64,000 nucleotides of DNA. Origin: Nitrospirae bacterium JdFR-81 (GTDB taxonomy: Bacteria; Nitrospirota; Thermodesulfovibrionia; UBA6902). Within the stretch, counting starts at the first letter, position 1. Each line of letters opens with the position of its first letter. The stretch is taken from the NCBI GenBank assembly GCA_002011735.1, contig MTOQ01000057.1, forward strand, positions 1,897 through 65,896, in the 5' to 3' direction. A program made the translations under genes and the position numbers. The notes under the pieces were generated by a model. It was not told where the DNA came from, ran no database searches, and was given only the letters and a program-made list of their open reading frames with translations. Positions 9,828-19,611 of the stretch are shown here, piece after piece.

Positions 9828-10755
9828 GGTTCAACCTCAGAGGACTCATGTAATAAAGGTATTTATACTTGTTCACACCATAAAGCCTGACCGTTGCCCT
9901 TATACTATATCCATGGCCCCTGTCCGTGTGGGCCTCTGAATCTATGGTGAATGTGTTGGAATCGGCAAGGGTGACATACCGGGAGATCAATGAATAGTTC
10001 TGTCCCAATGCCTGCTGGATATTGATACCCTCTTCCTGTCTCCACGATATTATGGTATCTGCCATCTCGGGGGTAACACCTGGGATCGATTGGAGGACCT
10101 CACGCGGTGCGGTCTTCAGGTTTATCTTACCGCTCTCTGAATACACGGTGAGGAAGTCTATAATACCCCTGTGACCCTTCCCTCCATACAGTAACTCGCG
10201 ATCCACACCCCTCACAAGGAGTAGCTCCTCGATCGAGTCGAAATTCGCATTCTTTGCCTTATATGGCTGTGGCAGTGACATATAGTAGTCGCTTTCAGCA
10301 CCATGTAGCCTGTGGAAGTCATCAGGGTCTCTCCAGTCCATTATCGAATCTACGATGATATCCACCCTCTCCTCATCAACCCCAAGGTTCAGGAGGAGGT
10401 TCCTCAATATTACATCAGACGCCTTGTTTATGTCCACTTTGGCTGATTCATCCGTAAGGCTTACCGTGGCATACCCGTTCCTGGTCTTCACCTCGTAGGG
10501 TGTGCAATCCACCCTCCAGATGTGCTCGGTGTCTGCTGGATTGGTCTTCCTGTAGAAGAGCTCGATGATCGCCCTCTCCACACCTGCCTCTGCAATGAAC
10601 CTCTCCTGCACTGACTGCCTGAATGAGACAGTGGCAAGGGTCTCTGTCCTTGCCATGTACGAATAAGACAGGACTATCGTCATGAGGATCGTGAGAACCC
10701 AGAGGACGAGCACAAGGGCTATACCATCAACGGAGGACGGATAAGCACGCCTCAT
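9790..10755 (-). CDS. gspK: T2SS minor pseudopilin GspK
   Basis: N-terminus GIALVLVLWVLTILMTIVLSYSY...T, and the helix-hairpin-helix-like tail (LKTAPREVLQSIPGVTPEMADTII), are typical of GspK. Confidence 0.7.
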   Translation of the reverse strand: MRRAYPSSVDGIALVLVLWVLTILMTIVLSYSYMARTETLATVSFRQSVQERFIAEAGVERAIIELFYRKTNPADTEHIWRVDCTPYEVKTRNGYATVSLTDESAKVDINKASDVILRNLLLNLGVDEERVDIIVDSIMDWRDPDDFHRLHGAESDYYMSLPQPYKAKNANFDSIEELLLVRGVDRELLYGGKGHRGIIDFLTVYSESGKINLKTAPREVLQSIPGVTPEMADTIISWRQEEGINIQQALGQNYSLISRYVTLADSNTFTIDSEAHTDRGHGYSIRATVRLYGVNKYKYLYYMSPLRLNRGGGEQESDGVE

Positions 10756-11420
10756 AAAGTCTCCTCCCCTGAGGCCCTCTGTGCACTAAGATCCATCACC
10801 CTCCCTGTTACCCTTACAGGGATGACCATCGAGAACCTGGAGCCGTTATAGGAGATACTGAGCCTTAGCCTGTCAGGCAGGGTGCCTTCCTCAGGCCACT
10901 CATCAACCCATTCACCATGCTCATCTGTGGGCCCTTTATAAAAGTACTCAAACGCTATCTCATCAGCACCACTCAGCAGCTCTGTCTCCATAACATCCTC
11001 TGCCCCCTCAGAGGGCCTTATGATGCGTTCATAAGCCTTGAGTGCCTTTTTATCGCCCTCATCAGAGACCACCTCATAACGGACCACACAGATACTCTGG
11101 CCATTCCAGATCGAGTAGGCCGTTGCCATCTGCAATGACTCGCCATTGCCTTCAAAGTAGTATCTCCTCTCTCCATCCTCCTCATAGGTGAGGGGGACCT
11201 GTGACTGCACCTGTGAGTTTATAATATTTATTGATGTCCTCATCCTCTGCAGGGCATCAACCATCCTGTCTGCCCGTTCAACCGCACCGAGGCTCACCCT
11301 CAGGGCGCTTGCAATGATAACGGCAAGGAGACCTATGATCGTAAAGGAGACCACCAACTCAAGGAGGGTGAAACCTCCTGAACCCTGGATTGTGAATCCT
11401 GGACCTCGGATACCTCTCAT
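10752..11420 (-). CDS. Minor pseudopilin, GspJ-like
   Basis: Prepilin-type N-terminus GG/FTLLELVVSFTIIGLLAVIIA. Size and operon position match GspJ. Confidence 0.6.
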   Translation of the reverse strand: MRGIRGPGFTIQGSGGFTLLELVVSFTIIGLLAVIIASALRVSLGAVERADRMVDALQRMRTSINIINSQVQSQVPLTYEEDGERRYYFEGNGESLQMATAYSIWNGQSICVVRYEVVSDEGDKKALKAYERIIRPSEGAEDVMETELLSGADEIAFEYFYKGPTDEHGEWVDEWPEEGTLPDRLRLSISYNGSRFSMVIPVRVTGRVMDLSAQRASGEETL

Positions 11421-11836
11421 CCCCCCCTCTTCACGACCTTCATGGTATCAAGATTGATGGTCTTCTCATTCACGCCGTCTGTCCATCTCAGCGTCAGGCT
11501 TATGTTCAGGAGGTTGACCTGAAGATTCTCAAACCTCTCATCCTCAACACCCTTTATCCTGACATCGACATCATAGCCATCATCTGTCGTCACACTGAAC
11601 TCACCCTCCTCTATCTCACCCTCCACCACATCCCTCATGATCGCCTCGGCCCTGATGGTAGCCTTCACATACTCGTCAGAGCTTGTGAGATTCCTCAGGC
11701 CTGCGGAAAAGAGCTGGAGTATCACCACAACCGCTATACTCAATATAGAGACAGAGACAAGGACCTCAAAGAGGGTGAAGCCCCTGTGGTCTAGGACTGC
11801 AGACCGTGCGTCTAAACCATCCTGAACCATCCTCAT
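11417..11836 (-). CDS. Minor pseudopilin, GspI-like
   Basis: Prepilin-type N-terminus DHRG/FTLFEVLVSVSILSIAVVV. 139 aa. Confidence 0.6.
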   Translation of the reverse strand: MRMVQDGLDARSAVLDHRGFTLFEVLVSVSILSIAVVVILQLFSAGLRNLTSSDEYVKATIRAEAIMRDVVEGEIEEGEFSVTTDDGYDVDVRIKGVEDERFENLQVNLLNISLTLRWTDGVNEKTINLDTMKVVKRGG

Positions 11837-12384
11837 TCTGTTATCCTCGCACCTGTGATGGGATCTAAGTCTATATTCACCCTCCTCCTGTCGTTCCAGA
11901 GGACTATCCTCCCTCCTTCAAAAGAGCCTGATGGATGAAACACCATCCTGTAGGTACCCTCTCCTATCTCCCTGCCATTCAGCCCGTCAACCACCATGAT
12001 ATTCACATCCCCAGGGACCTCCTTTTCGGTATGCCCTTCTATTGAATAGGCCCTTGCATCAAGGTCTATTATCACAGACTGGCTCATGCCCGTGCTCTGC
12101 GCAAGGGCGCGGGCATGCCTGATCGTCGTCACCATCTCTCTCACCGTTGCACTGAGACTGCTTGATGAGAGGGTGCCTGCAAGAAAGACTGTGGAGAGGC
12201 CGAGTATCAGGGAGACGAGGGAGATGACTATAATCAGTTCAAGGAGTGTAAAGCCCCTGTGGTCAACGGTTGACGATTGACGGTTCACTAAGGACCAATG
12301 ACCCGTGACCAATGACCAGTGACCATCTCCTGAGACCTTTTCACCCTGCTGAGGTGAAAAACTCTTATACAATAAAGCTGGCAT
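11833..12384 (-). CDS. Minor pseudopilin, GspH/FimT-like, with an unusually long 43-aa pre-sequence containing a 7-aa tandem repeat
   Basis: DHRG/FTLLELIIVISLVSLILG prepilin motif. No in-frame ATG/GTG/TTG lies nearer the cleavage motif than ATG 12384. Confidence 0.55.
   Translation of the reverse strand: MPALLYKSFSPQQGEKVSGDGHWSLVTGHWSLVNRQSSTVDHRGFTLLELIIVISLVSLILGLSTVFLAGTLSSSSLSATVREMVTTIRHARALAQSTGMSQSVIIDLDARAYSIEGHTEKEVPGDVNIMVVDGLNGREIGEGTYRMVFHPSGSFEGGRIVLWNDRRRVNIDLDPITGARITE
12293..12327. repeat. Five tandem heptanucleotide units GACCNNN (GACCAAT GACCCGT GACCAAT GACCAGT GACCATC) inside the 5' end of the gspH-like ORF
   Basis: Read directly. Encodes GHWSLVT-GHWSLVN on the minus strand. 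Confidence 0.9.
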
Positions 12385-12385
12385 C

Positions 12386-13579
12386 TTAAAATGGCAGCTC
12401 TGTTATGCTGAATATGGCCATCAACATGGACAGTATGATGAAGCCTATGACAAGGGCCATGAAGAGGATCATGGCAGGCTCGAGCAGGCTGAGGAATCTC
12501 TTGAGTGTTGCCCTGAGGCTCGTCTCATAGGTCTCGGCAACCTGCAGTAGCATCGTGTCAAGCTGTCCACTCTCTTCACCCACCCTTATCATGGATATGG
12601 CAAGGGCCGGAAAGACACCTGCACGTGAAAGAGGGGTGGCGATACCCTTCCCCTCCTTTGCATCCTTTGACACCATGTCGATAGCAGAGCTGATGACACG
12701 GTTGTTGACCGTGCCCTTTGAATTGCCAAGAGCCTGAAGGAGGGGTACACCACTACTCAACAGGGTACCAAGGGTGCGTGTAAACCTTGCCGTCTCAAGC
12801 CTCGTGATGATGTCACCCATAAGCCTGAGCTTTAAGGCATCCCATCTGTATCTGCCCTTTTCGGAGTTGACATATCTCCTGAAGATGATTATACCCGTGA
12901 CCAGCAGGAGGAGGATGATCCACCAGTATGTGGCGATGACATTGCTTGTGGCAATCACCACCCTTGTTGGAAGGGGGAGTGTCGCGCCCATCTCGGAGAA
13001 TATAACCGAGAACTTCGGAAGTACATATACGAGCAGTATTATTATCGATACAATACCCGTGAGCATGAGTATGGCAGGATATATCATGGCTGAGATCAGG
13101 CTCTCTTTCAGCTCCCTAGTGGATTCAAGGAACTCCCTCAACTTCTCCAACACTATATCAAGCACCCCTCCTGCCTCACCTGCCCTCACCATGTTCACAT
13201 ACAGCTGTGGGAAGGTCTCGGGGTGCCTCTGGAGGGCATCGGAAAAGCTCTTCCCCTCCCTTATGGACTGCAAGATAGACCTTATTATACCCTTCATGGC
13301 CTTGCCCTCGGATAACTCAGACAGGATATTGAGGCTCCTGTCAAGAGGAAGTCCTGCCTTAAGGAGTGCGGACAGCTCGGCGGTAAAGGTGAGTATATCT
13401 GCCCTTGGTCTGCGGAAGATCAGCCTCTTTGAGAGGTCTTCCTTTGGTGTGGTGATCCTCAGGGGGATGAAGCCTGAGTCCCTGAGCTTCTCTATGGCCA
13501 CCCTTTCATCTGTGGCCTCAATAACCCCCTCCTCAACCTGCCCATCAAGGGTTGTGGCCCTGTAGGAGAAGACGGCCAT
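12386..13579 (-). CDS. gspF: T2SS/T4P platform protein GspF family
   Basis: 397 aa with two GspF repeats and 3 TM helices. Sequence pattern typical of GspF/PilC. Confidence 0.9.
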   Translation of the reverse strand: MAVFSYRATTLDGQVEEGVIEATDERVAIEKLRDSGFIPLRITTPKEDLSKRLIFRRPRADILTFTAELSALLKAGLPLDRSLNILSELSEGKAMKGIIRSILQSIREGKSFSDALQRHPETFPQLYVNMVRAGEAGGVLDIVLEKLREFLESTRELKESLISAMIYPAILMLTGIVSIIILLVYVLPKFSVIFSEMGATLPLPTRVVIATSNVIATYWWIILLLLVTGIIIFRRYVNSEKGRYRWDALKLRLMGDIITRLETARFTRTLGTLLSSGVPLLQALGNSKGTVNNRVISSAIDMVSKDAKEGKGIATPLSRAGVFPALAISMIRVGEESGQLDTMLLQVAETYETSLRATLKRFLSLLEPAMILFMALVIGFIILSMLMAIFSITELPF

Positions 13580-15121
13580 CTATCCCTCCTGCGTCACCCG
13601 TAGGACCTCACTGAGGGTTGTTATCCCTGCCCTGACCTTCTCCAGGCCATCCTCCACAAGGGTCCTCATCCCATGCCTCCTCGCCAGCTCCCTGAGCTGG
13701 TTCGCATCACCGCCCTTGAGGATGAGCCTCCTTATGTCATCATCAACGACCATCAACTCAAAAATCCCTGTCCTGCCATAATAACCCGTATATGTGCAGG
13801 ATTCACACCCCCTTCCCCTGTAGAGGGTGACCCCATCCATGCCGAACCTCGTGAGCTCCTCCATCTCGGTGCTGGATGTTACCACCTCCTTGCAGGAAGG
13901 GCATATGACCCTTACGAGCCTCTGGGCAAGCACACCAAGCAGGGTCGATGAGAGCAGGAAATCCTCCACGCCCATATCAACCAGCCTTGTTATGGCGCTC
14001 GGCGCATCATTGGTATGGAGTGTTGAGAAGACGAGATGTCCTGTGAGTGCTGACTGGATGGCTATCTCTGCTGTCTCAAGGTCCCTTATCTCACCTATCA
14101 TTATGATATCAGGGTCCTGTCTCACAATGTGCCTCAGGGTGTTTGCAAAATTCAGACCTATCTTTGGCTTGACCTGTATCTGATTTATCCCCTTCAATTG
14201 ATACTCTATGGGATCCTCGACGGTTATGATCTTCTTATCAGGTGAGTTCAGCTTGTCAAGTGCACCATACAGGGTCGTTGTCTTACCGCTGCCTGTTGGG
14301 CCTGTAACAAGGATGATCCCGTTTGGACGCTTGATGAGCTCATTGAACCTGGAGAGGGTGTCCGGAGGGAAGCCCAGTTTATCAAGGTCTATAATGATTC
14401 CCTCTTTATGGAGGATCCTCATCACCACGCTCTCGCCATGTAGCACAGGGATCGTTGAGACCCTCAGGTCTATCTCCCTATCGCCCACCTTCAGCTTTAT
14501 CCTCCCATCCTGCGGGAGTCTCCTCTCTGCTATGTTGAGCTTTGCCATTATCTTTATCCTTGATACTATCGCGGGCTGGAGCCTCTTTGGTGTGGACTCT
14601 GTCTCATGCAATACACCATCTATGCGATATCTGATTTTCAATTCGTCCTCAAAGGGCTCTATATGGATGTCGCTTGCCCTGCTCTCGACCGCCCTTGTTA
14701 TAAGCAGGTTTACGAGCCTTATTATCGGTGCCTCGGAGGCCAGGTCTTTCAGGTGGCCCACATCCTCCTCTTCTTCAGTGATAAACTCAAAGTCCCTCTC
14801 TTCCAGATCCTCGATAATACTGTTCACATTCTCTGCCCTCTGATCATAAAATCTGGATATATAATCACTCAATGCCTTCGGATCGGTCGTATAGACCTGC
14901 ACCTCTGCAGATGTAGCAACCCTGAGGGCATCGATTGTCTGCCTATCATCAGGATTCGCCATAACCACCTTGAGCACATTGTCCTTTAACTCAAGGGGGA
15001 TGATCATATTCTCACGGATGAATCGAGAGGACACGCCATTTATAAAGAAGGGGACCTTTGGGAGTTCATCCCCACTTATAAAGGGGACCTCCCCCCTCTT
15101 TGTTGTGGTGGCCTCGGCCAT
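13580..15121 (-). CDS. gspE: T2SS ATPase GspE
   Basis: Walker A GPTGSGKTTT, Asp box VEDPIEY, Walker B IMIGEIRD, His box GHLVFSTLHT, tetracysteine CPSC...CESC. Confidence 0.9.
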   Translation of the reverse strand: MAEATTTKRGEVPFISGDELPKVPFFINGVSSRFIRENMIIPLELKDNVLKVVMANPDDRQTIDALRVATSAEVQVYTTDPKALSDYISRFYDQRAENVNSIIEDLEERDFEFITEEEEDVGHLKDLASEAPIIRLVNLLITRAVESRASDIHIEPFEDELKIRYRIDGVLHETESTPKRLQPAIVSRIKIMAKLNIAERRLPQDGRIKLKVGDREIDLRVSTIPVLHGESVVMRILHKEGIIIDLDKLGFPPDTLSRFNELIKRPNGIILVTGPTGSGKTTTLYGALDKLNSPDKKIITVEDPIEYQLKGINQIQVKPKIGLNFANTLRHIVRQDPDIIMIGEIRDLETAEIAIQSALTGHLVFSTLHTNDAPSAITRLVDMGVEDFLLSSTLLGVLAQRLVRVICPSCKEVVTSSTEMEELTRFGMDGVTLYRGRGCESCTYTGYYGRTGIFELMVVDDDIRRLILKGGDANQLRELARRHGMRTLVEDGLEKVRAGITTLSEVLRVTQEG

Positions 15122-15135
15122 AGGAGATTATACCA
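15119..15135 (-). promoter_or_regulatory. Extended -10 element TGGTATAAT ending 5 nt upstream of the gspE ATG (possible leaderless transcript)
   Basis: Minus-strand sequence is CAATATGGTATAATCTCCT-ATG. There is no Shine-Dalgarno sequence. Confidence 0.3.
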
Positions 15136-15230
15136 TATTGCTACCCCCGATGTGGTGAACAGGGGTTATTGGCCCAATTAAGGTCTTTATTCTGTTATAA
15201 TCTTTTCATGTCCTATCCTGCTGGTATCGG

Positions 15231-16145
15231 TTGAGAGACCCTATGGTCAGTGTCATCATACCCACACGGAATGCAGAGGCATATATCCACAGACTGATCG
15301 TCTCACTCAAAGGGCAGACCATACCCCCTGAGATAATAGTCATTGACTCCTCCTCAAGGGACAGGACTGTAAGTATAGCCGACTCCCTTGGTGCAAGGAC
15401 GAGGATAGTCCTGAGCGGGCATTTCGACCACGGTGGCACAAGAAACCTTGCCGTCAAACATGCAAGGGGAGACATCCTCGTCTTCCTCACACAGGACGCC
15501 CTTCCTGCAAATGAATACCTCATTGAAAACCTCATAAGGCCACTTGATGACCCTGCCATTCCGGCCTCTTACGGAAGACACATACCAGCACCTGATGCAA
15601 AACCAACGGAGAGGTTCTCCAGGCTCTTTAACTACCCTGACAGGGCGTTTATAAATGACAGGGAGAGCGTATCAAGGATGGGGATAAAGACCTTCTTCTT
15701 CAGCAATGTCTGTTCGGCGATAAGGAGGAGGGAGTTTGAGAAGGTTGGGGGGTTCACCGAGGGGTTGATAATGAACGAGGACATGCAGTTTGCAAACAGG
15801 CTAATTATGAGGGGCTATAAGATCGCCTATGTTCCTGAGGCCATGGTCATACATTCACACAATTATACATGGGCAGACCAGTTTAGAAGATACTTCGACA
15901 TCGGCGTCTTTCTGAGGATGAACAGGGACGTCATAAGGGCCTCAAGGCTCGGGGATACCGGGATAAGATTTCTGATAGAGGAGGTGAGGTATCTTGTTAA
16001 GAACAGGGCATTAGGTTGGCTTCCTTACCTGTTCGGTGAGGCCATATCAAAATACCTGGGCTACAAGATCGGGTATCACCATATCACCTTACCATTAACA
16101 ATAAAGAAAAGGTTGAGTATGCATAGTAATTACTGGCAGGGATAG
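15231..16145 (+). CDS. Family 2 glycosyltransferase (rhamnosyltransferase-like). Probable ATG start at 15243.
   Basis: VSVIIPTRNAEAYI...IIVIDSSSRDRT...GGTRN...FLTQDALP is a GT-A DxD-type fold. Confidence 0.8.
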   Translation: MRDPMVSVIIPTRNAEAYIHRLIVSLKGQTIPPEIIVIDSSSRDRTVSIADSLGARTRIVLSGHFDHGGTRNLAVKHARGDILVFLTQDALPANEYLIENLIRPLDDPAIPASYGRHIPAPDAKPTERFSRLFNYPDRAFINDRESVSRMGIKTFFFSNVCSAIRRREFEKVGGFTEGLIMNEDMQFANRLIMRGYKIAYVPEAMVIHSHNYTWADQFRRYFDIGVFLRMNRDVIRASRLGDTGIRFLIEEVRYLVKNRALGWLPYLFGEAISKYLGYKIGYHHITLPLTIKKRLSMHSNYWQG

Positions 16146-16147
16146 AT

Positions 16148-17290
16148 TTGAAGATAGCGATAGTGCATGAATGGTTTGTGAGCTATGCAGGCTCTGAGAA
16201 GGTGGTGGAGCAGATAATAAGGCTGTATCCTGAGGCAGACCTGTATAGCCTTATCGATTTTACACCTGAGGACAAGAGGGGGTTTTTATTAAACAAAAAT
16301 GTCAAGACATCGCTCATCCAGCACCTGCCCATGGCAAGGACAGAATACCGTGCCTATCTTGCACTCATGCCATTTGCCATCAGGAGGTTCGACCTCTCAG
16401 GGTATGACCTCATCATCTCAAGCTCCCATGCAACTGCAAAGGGCATAAGGAAGATACCCCAGCAGCTCCATATCTGCTATTGCCATACACCGATGCGGTA
16501 TATATGGGACCTCCAGCACCTCTACATCCAGGCAAAGGGCCTTGACAGGGCGGTTGTTGCCAGCATCACGGCCCCGTTCTTTAAGGCCCTGAGAAGGTGG
16601 GATGTCGCCACATCAAGGGGTGTTGATCACTTCGTGTGTAACTCTCATTATATAAGGGACAGGATAAAGAGGGCATACGGGAGGGATGCAGAGGTGATAT
16701 ACCCGCCGGTTGATATAAAGAACTTCACGATAAGCGATAAGAGGGAGGATTACTTCATAACGGTCTCAAGGATGGTTCCTTATAAGAGGGTGGATATCGT
16801 TGTGGAGGCATTTGTAAGGCTGGGCCTGCCGCTGATTGTAATAGGCGAAGGGCCTGAACTGAAGAAGATAAAGGGGCTTGCCAGGAGGAACATCGAGCTC
16901 ATGGGTTATCTCAGTGATGATGTCCTCAGGCTCTACATACAGAGGGCAAGGGCCTTTGTATATGCAGCAGAGGAGGACTTTGGTATCGCTCCTGTAGAGG
17001 CCCAGGCATGCGGGGTGCCTGTTATAGCCTATGGAAGGGGAGGGGTGACAGAGACGGTGATACCCTTCCAGGAGGATGGGCATTCCGAAATAAAACCGCC
17101 CACAGGCCTATTCTTTCATAAACAGACCCCTGAGGCATTGATTGGGGCTGTAAAAAGGTTTGAGTCCATGGAGGAGAGGTTCAATCCATATGAGATAAGG
17201 AAGAATGCCGAGAGGTTCTCTGTGGAGCGGTTCAGGGAGGAGTTTAAGCGGTTTGTTGAGGAAAAGACCAGGGAATTTTTCAACTCCTGA
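16148..17290 (+). CDS. Family 4 glycosyltransferase (TTG start)
   Basis: GT-B C-terminal signature EDFGIAPVEAQACGVPVIAYGRGG. Confidence 0.8.
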   Translation: MKIAIVHEWFVSYAGSEKVVEQIIRLYPEADLYSLIDFTPEDKRGFLLNKNVKTSLIQHLPMARTEYRAYLALMPFAIRRFDLSGYDLIISSSHATAKGIRKIPQQLHICYCHTPMRYIWDLQHLYIQAKGLDRAVVASITAPFFKALRRWDVATSRGVDHFVCNSHYIRDRIKRAYGRDAEVIYPPVDIKNFTISDKREDYFITVSRMVPYKRVDIVVEAFVRLGLPLIVIGEGPELKKIKGLARRNIELMGYLSDDVLRLYIQRARAFVYAAEEDFGIAPVEAQACGVPVIAYGRGGVTETVIPFQEDGHSEIKPPTGLFFHKQTPEALIGAVKRFESMEERFNPYEIRKNAERFSVERFREEFKRFVEEKTREFFNS

Positions 17291-18392
17291 TCGATTGATA
17301 CAGGCGTATCAATTCATTTATATGTGATTCAAAGGAGAACCCCTCTGCGAGCCTCCTCGCCTCTACTGCCATCTGCTCCCTCCTCTTTTGGTCCATAAGA
17401 AGCTCTATCCTCTCAGCCATTGTCATGACCTCTTCGGGACTCTCTATGACAAACCCCTGCCTTCCGTCCTCGATGATCTCGGCTGCACCACTCTGTCTTG
17501 TCGTGATCACCGGAAGCCCGCTTGCCAGTGCCTCAAGATGGACATTTCCAAACGGCTCATATATGGTGGGGAAGGCGAATATGTCAGATGCTGCATAATA
17601 CTTGTGGATATCCCTCTGCGGGCCACAGAATATGACCCTTTGAGGCCCTGTCCTGTGACTGTGTCTCCCCCTGCCAACAACCAAGAGGGTAACAGGCCCC
17701 TGGATGGTCTCAATGGCCTCAATCAGGAATCTCAGGCCCTTCCTCTTGAAACCCGAACCAACAAACAGGACGACAAACTCCTCCTCACCAATCCCGTATC
17801 TCCCCCTGATCTCGTGCCTGAACCTATCCCTGTTTGATGGTGTAAACCTCTGGAGGTCAACCCCATTGTAAATGACCCGTATCAGGGACGGATCCACTCC
17901 ATAATTCTCCATTATATCCCTCTTCACCATCTCCGAGATGGCCACGATCACCTTGAACCTGCGGGCCCTGAAGATAAGCCTCTCGATGGCGAGTATGAGC
18001 CAGTGATAGGGGTTAAGCAGGATGGACAGTCTTCCACCAGGCCCTTCCCTCCTCCACCTCCTCTTCAACCACTCAATATGACACCCATCACCTGCACGAT
18101 AGATATCCTGATAGAGGGTCTTGTCATGACTCTGGACTATGTCAAAATAACCCCTCTCTCTTCTAATCTTAAAGAAGCTCGATATGGCAAAGCTGAGGTC
18201 CCTCAGAAAGGAGTTAAATCCGATGACAGGGATGTGATGAAAATGAACATTTGAACTCCCCCCATCTGTCCATTTGATAGCAAATATATGCACCTCATGG
18301 CCACCTTCAGAGAGCCTCCTCACAAGAGCCTCAGAATACCCCTCTGAGCCTCCATGAAAGGTGTACCTCTTTCTAATTATGGCTATCCTCAT
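17280..18392 (-). CDS. Family 4 glycosyltransferase (WaaG/RfaG-like)
   Basis: EPFGNVHLEALASGLPVITT signature and N-terminal GGSEG motif. Confidence 0.8.
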   Translation of the reverse strand: MRIAIIRKRYTFHGGSEGYSEALVRRLSEGGHEVHIFAIKWTDGGSSNVHFHHIPVIGFNSFLRDLSFAISSFFKIRRERGYFDIVQSHDKTLYQDIYRAGDGCHIEWLKRRWRREGPGGRLSILLNPYHWLILAIERLIFRARRFKVIVAISEMVKRDIMENYGVDPSLIRVIYNGVDLQRFTPSNRDRFRHEIRGRYGIGEEEFVVLFVGSGFKRKGLRFLIEAIETIQGPVTLLVVGRGRHSHRTGPQRVIFCGPQRDIHKYYAASDIFAFPTIYEPFGNVHLEALASGLPVITTRQSGAAEIIEDGRQGFVIESPEEVMTMAERIELLMDQKRREQMAVEARRLAEGFSFESHINELIRLYQSIRS

Positions 18393-19611
18393 CCCCTCTC
18401 ATAGCAGCCATACCCAATGCGATGATCACCGCAAGATAGTGGAATCTTATAGGATTAAAGAAGGCATAGACTATAAAATTGCCGATCAGGCTGCTCAGAC
18501 AGGCTATCATGAAATGTCTCTTCCATCCCTCCCCCTGTCTCACTATAGCACCCCAGAGAACGGAGACGGCCAGCCCTATCAATACAACATAAGCGGTCAA
18601 CCCTATGATGCCCTGATGGAACAGGACCATTAAAAAGGTGTTATGGGGATCGTCCAGATACAGGCGCCATTCTGAATCCTCATCCTTTACCTCTACATAT
18701 GGGCGTCTCTTAAATGACGTCTCCTTAAACGGTTCATCCCTGTGGAATATCATCTCTCCATATCCCCAGCCCAATAGTGGCCTGGCCCTGAATGCCTCTA
18801 CAGCCGCCCTCCACCCTGTCGTCCTGTAATTAAGGGTGTTTAACTGGGGGATGGATGTCATTATCTTCTCCTCAACATATGGAGAGTATATCGTCAGTAT
18901 CACTGTGATAACAATAATGGTTAATACCAGAATGAAGAGGTTTATATTCAACCTCTTAATCGCCTCCCTTCCAAAGTAGAGCCATATCAGGTGGATGGTG
19001 ATAAAAGAGAGCCAGGCCGTTCTCGTCCCGTTCAGTATCAACGCGGTGATGGTCAGGAGGTATATCGCTATGACCGTCGATCTCAGGATCCTCCTGTCTG
19101 TATAAAGGAAGAGGGGGATCATAAATGGCCAGAGGATGTTTAAATAAGAGGCATACTTATTATACCACTCACTGAGTAGCCAGGTTCGGGAGTGGAATAT
19201 CTCCAGCCCCTTTATGAGATAGCTGTAATACCCATTTAATAAGATTACAACGAGTGCAAATGTAAGGGCATAGCAGACCCTCAAAAGCCTCCTTTGATCA
19301 TCGAGAAAGGCCATGAATACAGGGAACAGGAGAAAGGCCCTCAAGGGCTCCTTGGTGAGTTCAAAGAGGGAGTATGCATGATCGAGTGAGAATATGGAGG
19401 AGATCACAGCGCTACCAATAAAGGCGAGAAGGGCTATATATACATGGTGCCTTATAAGCGAGACCTTCTTCTCATATATAACCAGCCAGAGGATGAAGTT
19501 ACCAAAAAGGATGACGTTTCTGATACCCTCACCCCTTGACAGCAACAGGAATATCAGATATATGTATATACCTGCCTCGACTATCCTACCCAGCCTGTCT
19601 CTCCATTGCAT
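18373..19611 (-). CDS. O-antigen ligase (WaaL/Wzy_C) family membrane protein
   Basis: About 10 TM helices and a periplasmic loop with the LNGTRTAW...H pattern. Sits in LPS context. Confidence 0.65.
   Translation of the reverse strand: MQWRDRLGRIVEAGIYIYLIFLLLSRGEGIRNVILFGNFILWLVIYEKKVSLIRHHVYIALLAFIGSAVISSIFSLDHAYSLFELTKEPLRAFLLFPVFMAFLDDQRRLLRVCYALTFALVVILLNGYYSYLIKGLEIFHSRTWLLSEWYNKYASYLNILWPFMIPLFLYTDRRILRSTVIAIYLLTITALILNGTRTAWLSFITIHLIWLYFGREAIKRLNINLFILVLTIIVITVILTIYSPYVEEKIMTSIPQLNTLNYRTTGWRAAVEAFRARPLLGWGYGEMIFHRDEPFKETSFKRRPYVEVKDEDSEWRLYLDDPHNTFLMVLFHQGIIGLTAYVVLIGLAVSVLWGAIVRQGEGWKRHFMIACLSSLIGNFIVYAFFNPIRFHYLAVIIALGMAAMRGDEDSHN

Noticed and set aside
12774-13565. 263-aa plus-strand ORF
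   Set aside because: It is antisense to gspF, with a Ser/Leu-rich translation and no recognisable motif. gspF on the other strand is unambiguous.
14208-14843. 211-aa plus-strand ORF
   Set aside because: It is antisense to gspE. It is a shadow ORF caused by the AGG/ATA-biased codon usage, which depletes stop codons on the opposite strand.
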